From contig OX597836.1 of the NCBI GenBank assembly GCA_951406725.2, positions 6,324,001 through 6,388,000 on the forward strand: a stretch of 64,000 nt of DNA, given 5' to 3'. Under the pieces are notes generated by a model. The model was not told the origin of the DNA. It was given only the letters and a program-made list of their open reading frames with translations, and did not search any database. This DNA is from Octopus vulgaris. Taxonomy: Eukaryota. This document shows positions 26,295 through 39,150 of this stretch, in pieces. The position numbers and the translations under genes were made by a program. Position 1 is the stretch's first letter; every line of letters begins with the position of its first letter.

Positions 26295-29200
26295 GTAAGT
26301 TATACCTCTTCTTCTTCTTCTTTTCCTCCTCCTCCTTCTTCTTCTCCTTCTTTTTCTTCCCCCTTCTTTTCTTCTTCTTTCTTCTTCTTTTCTTCTTACT
26401 CTTCTCCTCCTTCTTCTTCCTCTTCTTCTTCTTCTTCATCTATTTTTCTTTTCCTTCTTCTCCTCCTCCTCCTTCTTTTCTTCTTATCCTCTTCTCCTCC
26501 TTCTTCTTTTCTTCTTCTTCTCCTCCTCCTCTTCCTTCCATTGATGTCTTTTTCCTATGCCGGCATGAGGCATATGGTTTGACAGAAGCTGATCAGGGTG
26601 GGAGCCACACCGGACCCTTTTGTCTCTTTTAAGATGGTTTCTACAGCTGGGTGCTCTTCCAGCACCGACCCCTTTACAGAGTGTATTGGGTGCTTTTTAC
26701 TTGGCACCATCACAGGCAGAGTCACCAAGTACCTTCCAAGACAAAATCCTGTGCCCACCATTTACTGTATTCACCTCAGTCCCTTGGTTTCCACCTTTTA
26801 CCCTCTTGCAAGCTTACATACCTACGTACCCCTCCTATCCTATCCTATCCTCTGTGGCACTTCCTTTGTATTTATTTGTGGGTACTTCCTATGACACACC
26901 TTGACCACCTGCCTCCACAGGGAGACCCCTGTTCCTGTCCCTCTCATAGTTTAGCCTCATACAGCCTGGCATAAAGCCACTCCCTTCGATACTCTGTGCC
27001 CCACCCCTGGGAGTGGGTCTTGTCTTGCAAGTTACATGTGCCGGTGAAATCCACTAGTGCCAGTTCCACATAGTAAGCCCCTGGTACACTCTGGAGAGTG
27101 GTTGGCATTAGGAAGGGCATCCAGCCATAGGACTCATGCTGATGCAGGCATTGGGGCTTGGCTCAGTCCTCTTGTTTCCTGACTATGCTTCAGCCACTGA
27201 AACCATGCCAACATGGCAAAAAAAAACGAGACGCTTGATGATGATGACGATGATGATGATGATCTGTTGTATGCTTTGATATAACACCTTTGATATGGCT
27301 TACTGTATGTGTGTTGTTTGTATACAGGGATATGTCTAGGATATCATTTATCATGTATATGTAGATATTGTATGCAGATATTCAAGCTTGCTACACCCCA
27401 CAGTGGGAATGGAATGTGGCAGTTGAAGACAGTATTAGGTCAAGCGTAAAAAGACTCGAGCAAGGTCATTGCCAGTACCGTCTGACTGGCCCTGTGCCGG
27501 TTGCACGTAAAAAACACCCACTACACTCTCGGAGTGGTTAGGCGTTAGGAAGGGCATCCAGCTGTAGAAACTCTGCCAGATCAAGATTGGAGCCTGGTGC
27601 AACCATCTGGTTCGCTAGCCCTCAGTCAAAATCGTCCAACCCATGTCAGCATGGAAAGCGGACATTAAACGATGATGATGATGATGATGACCCCGTTAAT
27701 TGTTCCTAGAAATCCACCTTGGTGCTTAATATCAAACGGCTCCTGAGTGTGTGGCTCAGTTATCACAACGGGTGTAACGGGCTCATTTTTATCTTTTGCT
27801 TGTTTCAGTTATTAGACTGTGGCCATGCTGGGGCATCACCTCAAAGAATTGTTAGTCGAACGAATCAACCCCTAGGACTTATTTTTTTTAAACCTGGTAC
27901 TTATTCCATCAGTTAGTTTTGCTGAGCCTCTAAGTTACAGGAACATATGTTTCTTTATTGCCCACAAGGGACTAAACACCGAGGGGACAAACAAGGACAG
28001 ACAAACGGATTAAGTTGATTACATCGACCCCAGTATGCAACTGGTACTTATTTAATCGACCCCAAAAGAATGAAAGGCAAAGTCGACCTCGGTGTAATTT
28101 GAACTCAGAACGTAACGACAGACAAAATACCTATTTCTTTGCTACCCACAAGGGGCTAAACACAGAGGGGACAGACAAACGAATTAAGTCGATTATATCA
28201 ACCCCAGTGCGTAACTGGTACTTATTTAATCGAACCTGAAAGGATGAAAGGCAAAGTCGACCTTGGCGGAATTTGAACTCATAAACACACCAACACCAGT
28301 GGTCAAGCAGTGGGCGAGGGACAAACGCACACACACACACACTCACAGAATAATTTTGAACTTGTGTATAGGAGTGGCTGTGTGGTAAATAGCTTGCTTA
28401 CGAACCACACGGTTCCAGGTTCAGTCCCACTGTGTGGCACCTTGGGCAAGTAGCTTCTACTATAGCCTCGGGCCGACCAAAGCCTTGTGAGTGGATTTGG
28501 TAGACGGAAACTGAAAGAAGCCTGTCATATATATGTATATATATATATATGCGTGTGTGTTTGTGTATGTTTGTGTGTCTGTGTTCGTCCCCCCAACATC
28601 GCTTGACAACCGATGCTGGTGTATTTACGTCCCCGTAACTTAGCAGTTCGGCAAAAGAGACTCATAGAATAAGTACCAGGCTTGCAAAGAATAAGTCCTG
28701 GGGTCGGTTTGCTCGACTAAAGGCGGTGCTCCAGCATGGTCACAGTCAAATGACTGAAACAAGTAAAAGAGCAAGAGAGCAAAAGAATACACCTTGTGGT
28801 AAGAGGTACCTCGAGGCAGTTTGAATGTCGAATTGTGTTTTGTATTTTTGTTCTATCTTTGGCGATTTTTCTTGTTTCATGATTCTATTCTATTACATTT
28901 CGTTATCAGTGTTGGTCATATTCTTTGATTCACCGATTCATTTTGATGCTTGAATTATTTTTTGATTCTTTGTAAGTCAGTTCGTTACTTATACGAGAAG
29001 TGTTCTTCCTTCCTTTTAACTCAAGTTTGTCATGCACACAAGTGGCTACCGACAACAACCAAAGTAAGCTCTAGTTGAAATAAGCGAAACAGAGATTAAA
29101 AAGCAAAGTCACCTGACAAGACTCACCTGCACCAGTGATGCACCACAACTGTTTGTGCAGCGTCTCACCTGCAAGCCACTGATGCATGATGCACAATGGG

Positions 29201-29424
29201 TTGAACTGATTGTAATAATTAATAAAGAATCTCGTGAATTCTATTTTCTTCTTTCTCTTATATTTTATTTTTGCCGTGCTGGTGGCACGTAAAAGCACCT
29301 GTTTACACTCTTGGAGTGGTTGGCGTCAGGAAGGGCATCCAACCCTAGAAAGTAGACTGTCAAAGCAGATTGGTGCAGCCTTCTAGCTTGCCAGCTCTGA
29401 TTGAACTGTCTAACTCATTGCCAG

Positions 29425-29459
<35 letters not shown>

Positions 29460-30105
29460 TTTCTTTATATAGAAATGATTTTATGAAGTGGCCAGCCATT
29501 TGGCATCTATTTCTAGCATGTTGGTGTGGTCAGTCCGAACCCTTTAATATAATTATTTATATAATTATAAATTAGTACATACACACACACACACACACAT
29601 TCAATGGGTATCTTTCATTCTTTCAGTCTCCATCTAGCAAATCCAGGTCAGCCCGAAGCTATAGAAGAAGATGCTTGCCCAAAGCTGCCACACAGTGGGA
29701 CTGAACCCAGAACCATGTGGCTGGGAAGCAAGCTTCTTACCACACAACCATGCTTGCACCACTATGTATAGAGATATAAAATAGTTTTGAATTTTCTTAA
29801 AGAATGAGGGGGAATATTGCTAAAGTTTTCTATCCTGTTCTTGTGTAAAATAGATCATCGTTTTTATTGTCCACTTTTCCATCCTTGAATTGGTCAAGAG
29901 GGGTTTTAGTGGGGCTGAATTTCCATGGCTGGATGCACTTCCTGTCACCAACCCTCACTTCTCTCCAAGTGGCCAGACATGTTTCTCATGGAAGACTGGA
30001 CATCAACAAGGCAGTTTGTGTGATTGTGACCCTTGTTAATAAGTGTTACATGATATCAAGACAAAAGTACAAACACATACACACAAATACACACACATAC
30101 TTACA

Positions 30106-30698
30106 TATGAAGGGGCACTGAAATGTTCCTAGTTTTAAGGGTATCACGAAAGGCCAGGTTGGAGGCCCAACCTTCCAAGTTCTTTTACAGGGCTTAGAAA
30201 AACTGAAGGACCGTTGCAAATAAGTGTGTGAATCTGAGAGGAGAATATGTTGAATAAAATCATAATTAACTGATCCTCCTGTGTTTTCTTTTACCCAAAG
30301 CTAGGAACTTTTCAGCACCCACTCGTATCTATCTATCTATCTATCTATCTATCCATCCATCCATCCATCTATTTATCTATCTATCTATGTATCTATCTAT
30401 CTATCTATTGTTCTCTCTCTCTCACTCACACATACACACACACATATATATCCATCTGTGCATGTATATAGATATACATGGGGACTTGCTGAAAAGTCCC
30501 TGGTTTAAAGGTTGTTGCGAAAGGCGTGGCTGGAAGGCCAACCTTCCAAGTTCTTTTACAGGGCTTAGAAAAACTGAAGGACCGTTGCAAATAAGTGTGT
30601 GAATCCAAGAGGGGAATATGTTAAATAAAATCATAATTAACTGATCCTCCTCTATTTTCTTTTACCCAAAGCCAGGAACTTTTCAGCACCTACTTGTA
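30106..30698. mobile_element. Two tandem copies of a ~220-bp mariner-derived MITE (30106-30327 and 30475-30698)
   Basis: Shared internal sequence; TA-flanked TIRs of the form GCTGAAAAGTxCC / GGAACTTTTCAGC. Confidence 0.8.
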
Positions 30699-31074
30699 TA
30701 AGCTTCTTTCAGTTTCCATCTGCCAAGTCCACTTACAAAGGCTGTAGTAGAAGAAAAGCTTTTTATGCAATGGATCTGTACCCAAGGCCACATGGTTGGG
30801 AAGCAGGTTTCTTAGCCATGCAGCTCTAAATACATAAAGAAAAGACACCACCATTAAGTCAGATTAACTTCTGTTTATAATTCTATACATGTGTTTGTGT
30901 ATGTGCATATATATATATATATATAATATATATATATATATATAAGAATGTATAAAGATTTATACACAGAGAGGAGGCCCTTGACAGTGCCCCAGCATGG
31001 GCAGTCACCTGACCAAGAAAATTAAAACAATAAAAAACTATATATATATATATACACACACACACACATTAATG

Positions 31075-31445
31075 ATTATAAGCTTAAAACAATCACCATG
31101 TATTAGCTAAAGAAAGTAGTCTAATATTGGGGCATAAAAGCCCTTGACAGAAAAAAGTGGGTGTTAGTATGCATGGGAATCGAACCCACATCTCTTATGT
31201 ACGTGAAAAGTGTGCTAACCGAATACACCAACCTACCCACTCACTCTTTCCCATTAGATTTAAGAGCTATAATTTCATGGTATTGTTTTTAAACCAACAA
31301 ACAAGTCCGTTTTCTGTGTTAAATGGAGAAGTGTTCATGATTCCTGTGTGTTTTAGCACCCACTTTTTTCCATCGTGGGTTTATATGCCCCAATATTAGG
31401 CCATTTTCTGTAGCAAGTACGCAGGGATCACTTTAAGCTTATAAT
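31075..31445. mobile_element. Fold-back MITE with a tRNA-like internal segment
   Basis: About 95-bp imperfect TIRs (ATTATAAGCTTAAA...TAATATTGGGGCATAAA...AAAAAGTGGGTGTTA); minus-strand A-box and B-box (GGTTCGATTCCC) at about 31170-31235. Confidence 0.65.
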
Positions 31446-31659
31446 TATTATTATTATTATTTACAGAATTGTCACTCGCCACCACTCCTCCATATATATA
31501 TATATATATATTTTTGTTTTACTTGTTCCGGGCATTTGACTGTGGCCATGCTGGAACACCGTCTTTAGTCGAGCAAATCTTTGTAAGCCTAGTACTTATT
31601 CTATTGGCCTCTTTTGCTGAACCGCTAAATTGCGGGGACATAAACACACCACCATCAGT

Positions 31660-32455
31660 TGTGTAACAATGCACCGGTCCCAGCATTCCTGCCACATTTG
31701 GAATCCGACCTGGAATTCATTTTCCGTAAGTGAGTCAAGGATCTTCTGCACTTCACTCTGTATCTTGACAACAGCGGTAAGACGGTGACCTTTGAGCTGC
31801 ATTTTCATCTTGAGGAAGAGATGGAGAGTCCACAGGTGCTAAGTCTGATGAATAGGGCAGGTGTGGACCTGACACCATGTTGGTTTTGGTGAGAAACTCA
31901 CGAGTGAGGATAGCTCAGTGGCAAGGTGCATTGTCATCGTGAAGAACCTAATTCTTCGCACTCTACAGATCCATTCGTTTTTGCCATATGTCCTCCCTCA
32001 AACGCTTCAAAACATCACAGTAGAACTCTAAATTGACACTCTGTCCCTTGGGGACAAAGTCTTCATCCACAATGCCACACTTCTGGTGGTGACACACATA
32101 GCAGGTCTTTCAAATCGCTCATCGTCTTCCAGGGGCGTTCTTCTACTTTTGAAGCACCCATGCCACTCAACACACTGCATACGACTCTTTGCTGTAAGCT
32201 TGCCGAAGCATGCTCAGTGCCTCTGCAGCAGACTTCCCAAGTATAACGCAAAATTTCACTTTGGCTCTCTCTTCCTGACCATGACAAAAATCGCAGACTA
32301 CAGCATACACATGATCACAAAGACACAATTTTCACAACATGTGAAGTAAACATTGCCTCATGGTTACTGCTAGCTCTCACTGCACCCGCAACCGTATGCT
32401 GCCACCTGTTGGCATGCTACAGAACTAGTCTAGGAATTTTTGATACCCTCTCGTA
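31660..32455 (-). mobile_element. Degenerate mariner (Tc1/mariner) transposon
   Basis: HDNAPCH, PHLPYSSDLAP and KMQLKGHRL...WQECWDRCI motifs; TIR-like end ...GATACCCTCTCGTA; a related MITE at about 32786-32982. Confidence 0.85.
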
Positions 32456-32709
32456 TATATAAAAGGATAAAGATCTTTCTTGAGTCATATAGATTCATAG
32501 GGATGTTTTTCTGGTTTCTATGCTGCGTATACCCCCCCCCCCCAGTGTTTGGGATGTTGGTCTGTCACAAGAATTTTTGCCAGTTATGAGGACTGGAGCA
32601 ACATGAAATGTAGTGTTTTGCTTGTGTGTGTATATTTGTATATGTACATATATGTATATATAGATATACTATATATATATATATTTGCATGTGTGTATGC
32701 AGATATATT

Positions 32710-32746
<37 letters not shown>

Positions 32747-33054
32747 TTGTGTTTATATATATATATATATATAGTTCATATATATATATGAGGTGGTATG
32801 AAAAAGTACATGTGATAACAAACAGCACAAATTTCACGTTATCTGAAGTAAACACAGGGATGTCACTCGGTACACTGCCTCAGGAAGGTCACTGCTAGCT
32901 TTCACTGCACACGCGACCATGTACTGCCATCTGCTGCTACACTACACAGCTAGTCCTGGAAGTGTTTGTTACCATCTCGTATATGTATATATATATGTGA
33001 TATAATATATATATACATGTATGTATAAAAACCCTTTCTATTTTATCATTTCAG

Positions 33055-33146
33055 AAGCAGCATCATCATCACCATCAACCATGTCATCATCATCGGTAGA
33101 CAACTTTAAAAAAAGAAACTCACTGGCCAAGGCAGCAGGTTTATAA
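33055..33146 (+). CDS. ACP6: Probable terminal coding exon of the ACP6-like gene
   Basis: Strong pyrimidine tract plus cag; the phase-1 join gives QAASSSPSTMSSSSVDNFKKRNSLAKAAGL-TAA; no homology support. Confidence 0.55.
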
Positions 33147-33516
33147 TAAATCCTAAGTCAAAAAAAAAAAAAGAAAGACAGAGGTTACCTCTTTCTGCAG
33201 ACAACAAAACAAACTCCTCCACCACATACTGAAGAGTATTCTCCACTACTTTGATCATTTGCTGCTCTCTTATAACTAAATTTCTTTCTCCGCACTGTCA
33301 ACTAAATTCTATTTTCTTGCCAAAGATATTTTTTCTTCTGCAAACCATTCTTATATTTTGTATACTCCTGACGCAGCTCCCAAATGCCTGATGCTACCCT
33401 AAAACTCTCTCCTAATCCTAGGGAACCTAAACTACCAGTTTCTCCCATCATCCACTTTACCCTCTAAGAACAACAGCAACAACAAAATAACCTGTTCCAA
33501 TCTATATTTTATATTG

Positions 33517-33551
<35 letters not shown>

Positions 33552-34282
33552 TATGTATATGTGTGTGTATATATATATATATATATGTTTTTTTTTTTGT
33601 TGATGATTTTTGTTTTAAATATGAAGGGAAGAGAACAATCAGTGCAAGAGTGTGTGTGTGTGTGTGAAGGTACCCCACCTAGTGTCAGTGTGTATATGTA
33701 TATATGTATATATATGTATATATGTATATATATGTATATATATGTATATATATGTATATATGTATATATATGTGTGTTCGTAAATATGATTCTGTTTACA
33801 AGTGAAGGAAAAAGTACTCAATACACGATGTAGTTATATATTTGAGGAAATTAAGACGCATGGCTCCGTGGTTGGAGCGTTTGACTCACAATCGTAAGGT
33901 CATGAGTTCAATTCCCGATGACGCATTCTGTCCTTGAGCAAGACACTTTATTTCACATTTGCTCCAGTCCACTCAGCTGGCAAAAATGAGTTGTACCTGT
34001 AATTACAAAGGGGCCGGCCTTGTCACATTCTGTGTCACGCTGGCTTCCCCATGAGAATTACATTAAGGGTATACTTGACTGTGGAGTATTCAGCCACCTG
34101 CTTGTTAATTTCCCAAGTGGGCTATTCCGTTTGACTGGATGAGCTGGGACCCTGGTCATTGTTTTTCATCCTGAAGGGTGTCCAACATAACTCCCCCTCT
34201 CTTACCAAGCATGCTTGGTAGGGGTTACCAGTTTAGTTGCTGATAGCTCACCATGTGACAGATACATACATATCTACATGCA

Positions 34283-34790
34283 TGATGGCTGCCCCCTCAT
34301 TATCGAGTATGGCCATTGTACGAAGCCTAACTGTTACTGGTGCTGTGATCGAATGTGACTTTTTAGCCCAGCCAAAGATCTACAATGTCTTGTACAGAAT
34401 TGGCAACTAAAACCTTTACTGGTAATAGCCGGCTGTAGTTGTAACTGGGCTTCATGTACCTTTGCATGTCGTTTAAGTCCTCCTGCCGAATTACACTCTC
34501 TTCCACTTGCCCGACAGATATGATTAGTATGGTGTGTTACACCACCACCAGTGGCCAGGTTGTCACTCATCTGTCTCACTTTATGACTACGAAGATGACT
34601 CTTGAGTCCAGCTTTGCTGAGGCAGGGTCTCTTGCACAGACACTGCATGTCAGCATCATAGGGAGACCCTTCCCATCTGGAAGTGTAACAGCGATGCCCT
34701 TCCTGACATCCGTCTTTACTTTCTCATGTGCAACTCAAGATTTCTCAAAAGTAGATGTCCCCTGCTGCACAATCCTTCTCCACCTGCTAC
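34283..34790 (-). mobile_element. RTE-clade LINE 3' end with C2H2-like zinc fingers
   Basis: RWRRIVQQGTSTFEK followed by CxxC..GLKSH..H repeats, then a GGCCATACTCGATAATGAGGGG-type RTE 3' tail; internal stop. Confidence 0.8.
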
Positions 34791-36603
34791 ATATCTACAT
34801 ACATACATATCTACATACATACATATCTACATACATACATATCTACATACATACATATTGCTATAAGCCCTGTAGATTTGTGGTCTCTTCACAATAAACT
34901 GGGTCTGCGACATATTTGCTTAGAGTATTGCTTAGGGTACCTTTGTCGAAGCCAATTCTGTATGCATTGCTTTCTTCTCTTAAGAAAAGCATGATTGCCA
35001 CAACATCATAGCTTTCAGTTGATAAGCATTAAACAGATATAAAACCAAAGTTAATCTAGCTAGGATCTCTACGGCTGTTTTGTTTTTCTTTTATTCAGCA
35101 TGACCTCAAGTAAATTCTACATAAAAAACTTGAAGAAAAGTAGAAAGTGTCTATAGTGACACAGTGCTTCGGTGAACTGTAGTTCCATGTTTTGCATATG
35201 TGTGAGTCGATGTAGAATACCCATATTCTCTGATATATATGATAATGTATGTTTTAGTCAGGAGAAATGAAAGAAATTGTTCATTGGTTTATTTAAAATT
35301 TTAGACTAGTTGTGTACCTGTAAGTACATAAAAAGTCTTCAAATTTTCCAGTGAAATGAAATGGATTGAAATAAAATAAAGTAGAATATTTATGTTACTT
35401 CATTTAAGAAATAAAAATATTCTGTTTTTTTTTTTTTAATTGCTTTATTATTATATTTTATTTCATTCCTTAGAAAATTTGAAGATTTTGCTATGTACCT
35501 GTATATAAATAAACAAAGGAGCAATTCCTCACATTTCTTCTGGCTAACCTTGTTATTACCTGTATAGATGTGCGTGTGTCTGTGTTGCTGTATTTTGGGA
35601 GGGTCGTTCTACTAATAGCAACACATGCACTGGTTGTAGCTTACTTCTTTACTAATGGATTTACTGGTTTTTTTTTTTTTTTTTGATTTTTGCTACACCT
35701 TTGCAGCCTTCTTTCCAGTGATGAACAATCTGAGAAGTCATCAAGGCAAAAGACTACGGAGGTGTAGGAAAAATGCTGTGTTCAAATCAATTGATCAACC
35801 ATTCGATAAAAAATTACTTTCCTATAATACAACAATATTTGGTTAAATAACACAGACACACACAGATGCATATACACATATACACACACATATACATACA
35901 TGCACATACACACACATATATAAATGTACATATATACATATACACACACCACACATGTAAATCTAACATTGTTGGGAGTTGGGGGTGTATTGTTGTTGAT
36001 GTTGGTGTTGGTGTTGTTTTAACAGTTTATCTCCCCTTGGTTACCCCCCCCCCCCCCAGCTTCACCTTGATACATATCCTTGCTGTTAAATGTTTCCTAT
36101 CAACTTTTGTATTTACGACGGCACTATTTTTTGATCGGTCTCCATCTCCCAATTGCCAACCACTTTGCCAATTATAACAGCGTCCGTATACATTCAAGAA
36201 TAAAGCACCCATGACAAAACCAGTCAGGACGTCAAACTGATTGAAATTTTAGTTTTGGAGTAAATATTTTGTTTAAAACATCTTCTGTTATGCTTTTTTT
36301 ATTCCAGCATCTGAAACTATTGTAAAGACAGAGCGGAAACTCCCAAGCCTTGTAAATTAATTCAGGCAAAGGAAATCATAAAACTGTACTAACAAAACCA
36401 TATTTTTTGATATAATACAAACAAACTTTCTGGACAGCTTTGCTTTTTCTCTTTCATATCTACTCACATATGCAGACCTTGTTGAATGACTTGATAAAAA
36501 CACAAATATTTAGGCCCCGAAGGTGGAGATAAAAACACTAACACAAATTCTTATTTATTATTATTATTATTATTATTATTGTTGTTGTTGTTATTTAAAC
36601 ATG

Positions 36604-36644
<41 letters not shown>

Positions 36645-38942
36645 GACTGCAAGAGGTCGACTTTGCCTTTCATCCTTTCGGGGTCGATAAATTAAGTACC
36701 AGTTGGGTACTGGGGTCGATCTAATCGACTTACCCCCCTCCCCCCAAATTCCAGGCCTTGTGCCTAGAGTAGAAAGGATTATTATTATTATTATTATTAT
36801 TATTAGGCAGTGAGCTGGCAGAATCGTTAGCACGCCGGGTGAAAAGCTTAGCGGTATTTCGCCCGTCACTACATTCTGAGTTCAATTTCCACCGAGGTCA
36901 GCTTTTACTTTTCCTTCTTTTGGTGTCAATAAATTAAGTACCAGTTGCATACTGGAGTCGATTTAATCGACTGCACCCCCCACCTCCACTCCATTAAAAT
37001 TTCAGGCCTTGTGCCTATAGTAGAAAGGATTATTATTATTATCATTATTATTGTGACGAGCTGGCAGAATTGTTGCCTTGTCAGGCAAAATGCTTTGCAG
37101 CATTTCATATGTCTTTATGTTCTGAGTTCAAATCCTGCTGAGGTCAACCTTTGCCATTCTTCCTCCTTTTTTTTTTTTTTTTTTTTTTTGGTGGGGGTCA
37201 ATAAAATAAGTACCAGTTGCACACTGGGGTCAATGAAATTGACTAATCCCCTCCCCGAAATTGAAATTTGAAATTATCGTCATCATTATTATTATTATCA
37301 TTATTATTATTATCATTATTATTGTTGTTATTATTATATGAGAGTTATTTTCATTATTATGTTTGTTATTATTATTATTATTATTGTTATTAATAAACTT
37401 GTTGAAGCATTTCAGAAAGTGCTTTGTGGTATGCTTTTGTCGTGGACCCTTGGCATTCTGGGTTTGAAACCCTATCTTAGTCATCTTTGCCTTTTATGTG
37501 GTGTTAATAAAATTAAGTTCAAATCAGGAAATGGGAGTCGATCCTGATCAACTCCTGTTACCCCCAAAATCCCCAAACCCTCAAATTTGAGGCCTTCCGG
37601 CTATGTTTATAAATTGTTATTATTATTTTTCAACCAGAAAAAAAAATTTAAAAAAAAACAAATAAAAAAGAAAAAATAACAGAAATATGTAATTTTCAAG
37701 TAAAAAAATAAACAAATCAAAACAAAATATCTCGTTTATTTTTGTTTTCAATTTTTAAAAAAAATTGAATTTTTGTTGTTTTATTAAATTTGTTCAATTT
37801 GAAGGTTGTTGTTGTTGCTGCTGCTGCTTAGCTCCCTGCGGTTCTTTGATTCCAATTGATGATAAAAGATATTCTAATTCCTCCCCTCTACACCCTTCCC
37901 CATATTTTAGGACTATTTTTCTAATATGAGCTTTTTTTCTTCTTCTTCTTTTGTTCCAGACATGAGAATGTTGTGATTTCGAGGGAGATTTGGCTGCTGT
38001 TTCCAGCAGTTTTGACAGACATCCCTCATCGTTTACCGCCATGATAAAAAAAACGAAACAAACCGGCTCCCTCGTTCGACTCTGACATATTTGGAATATT
38101 TTGATTGTTGTTGTGTTGACTAGAGTTATCTTCTCTTGTCACATCGTTCGCAGTCAAAGAAGAAACACTGCTCCCTCGACACACAAAGGCCAGAGACAGA
38201 TTTTTTCGCATTTTCGTACGCTTACCAAACTAAATGCACGCCCACGACTGTGAGTCAGTCGATGTGAATGACGAATGACGCCTCTCGCTTGCAATGTCTT
38301 TCAAATGTTCTGACATAAGCATCAACAAATAAATAAATTAATTAAACTAATTAATAATAAAAGAAAAGAAAAAAAAAAACACATCGTTAGTTGAGGTGAT
38401 ATTGCTTTCTTTTGTTCCGAGTTTCAATCACTGCACTGTGGCCATACTGGAGCAATGCCATCTAGGGTCTTTAATAATAATTGCATCAACTCCCTCTGCT
38501 CACCACAAAATGGTTGAAATGATATCATTGCTTTTTTTTTTTCTTTGTTCTTAGTTTCAGTCGTTGCACTGTGGCCATACTGGAGCACCACCACTCCCCT
38601 CCAGGGTTTTTAGTCAATAGCATTGAACTCCACCTACAAGTTTTCATTTAATTGGTCCCTTCTTATGAAGTAGACGCCATGTCAAAGTTCACCTTTGATA
38701 GAGTTACCTCCTCCTTTGTATGACATTGAGAGCAAAGACAGAAATGCCGTAATGTAATTTATGGAACTAGTTGTTTCGGTCACTGGACTGTGGCCATACT
38801 GGGGCACTTCCTCGTAAAGTTTAGTCAAAATTAAACCCCAATATCTTTTAAGCCTGGTACTTATATCGGCCCCTTTTGCTAAACTGCCAAGCAACACAGG
38901 TTGTCAAGAAATCAGTGGGGAGGGATTTATAAACACAGTTAT

Positions 38943-39150
38943 ACAGTAATCCCTTGGCTATCGCGGTTGTTATGTTCCAAAACCTCCCACAAAAATCATT
39001 AAAATCTAAAAGAGTAGAAAAACCTATCTGCTGCAGAAACCCGCAATATACTGAGTAGTCCACAATATAAATTTACATATATTAGTCAGAAAAATCCGCG
39101 ATGCACTGAGTGCACAATAGGTGAACCGCGATATGGTGAAGGATTTTGGT
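38943..39150. mobile_element. Tigger/pogo-like MITE
   Basis: TA-CAGTAATCCCTTGGCTATCGCGGTT ... AACCGCGATATGGTGAAGGATT inverted ends. Confidence 0.6.

Noticed and set aside
26295-26632. Poly-F/L/S continuation of the ACP6 frame
   Set aside because: (CTT)n microsatellite after a consensus gtaagt donor.
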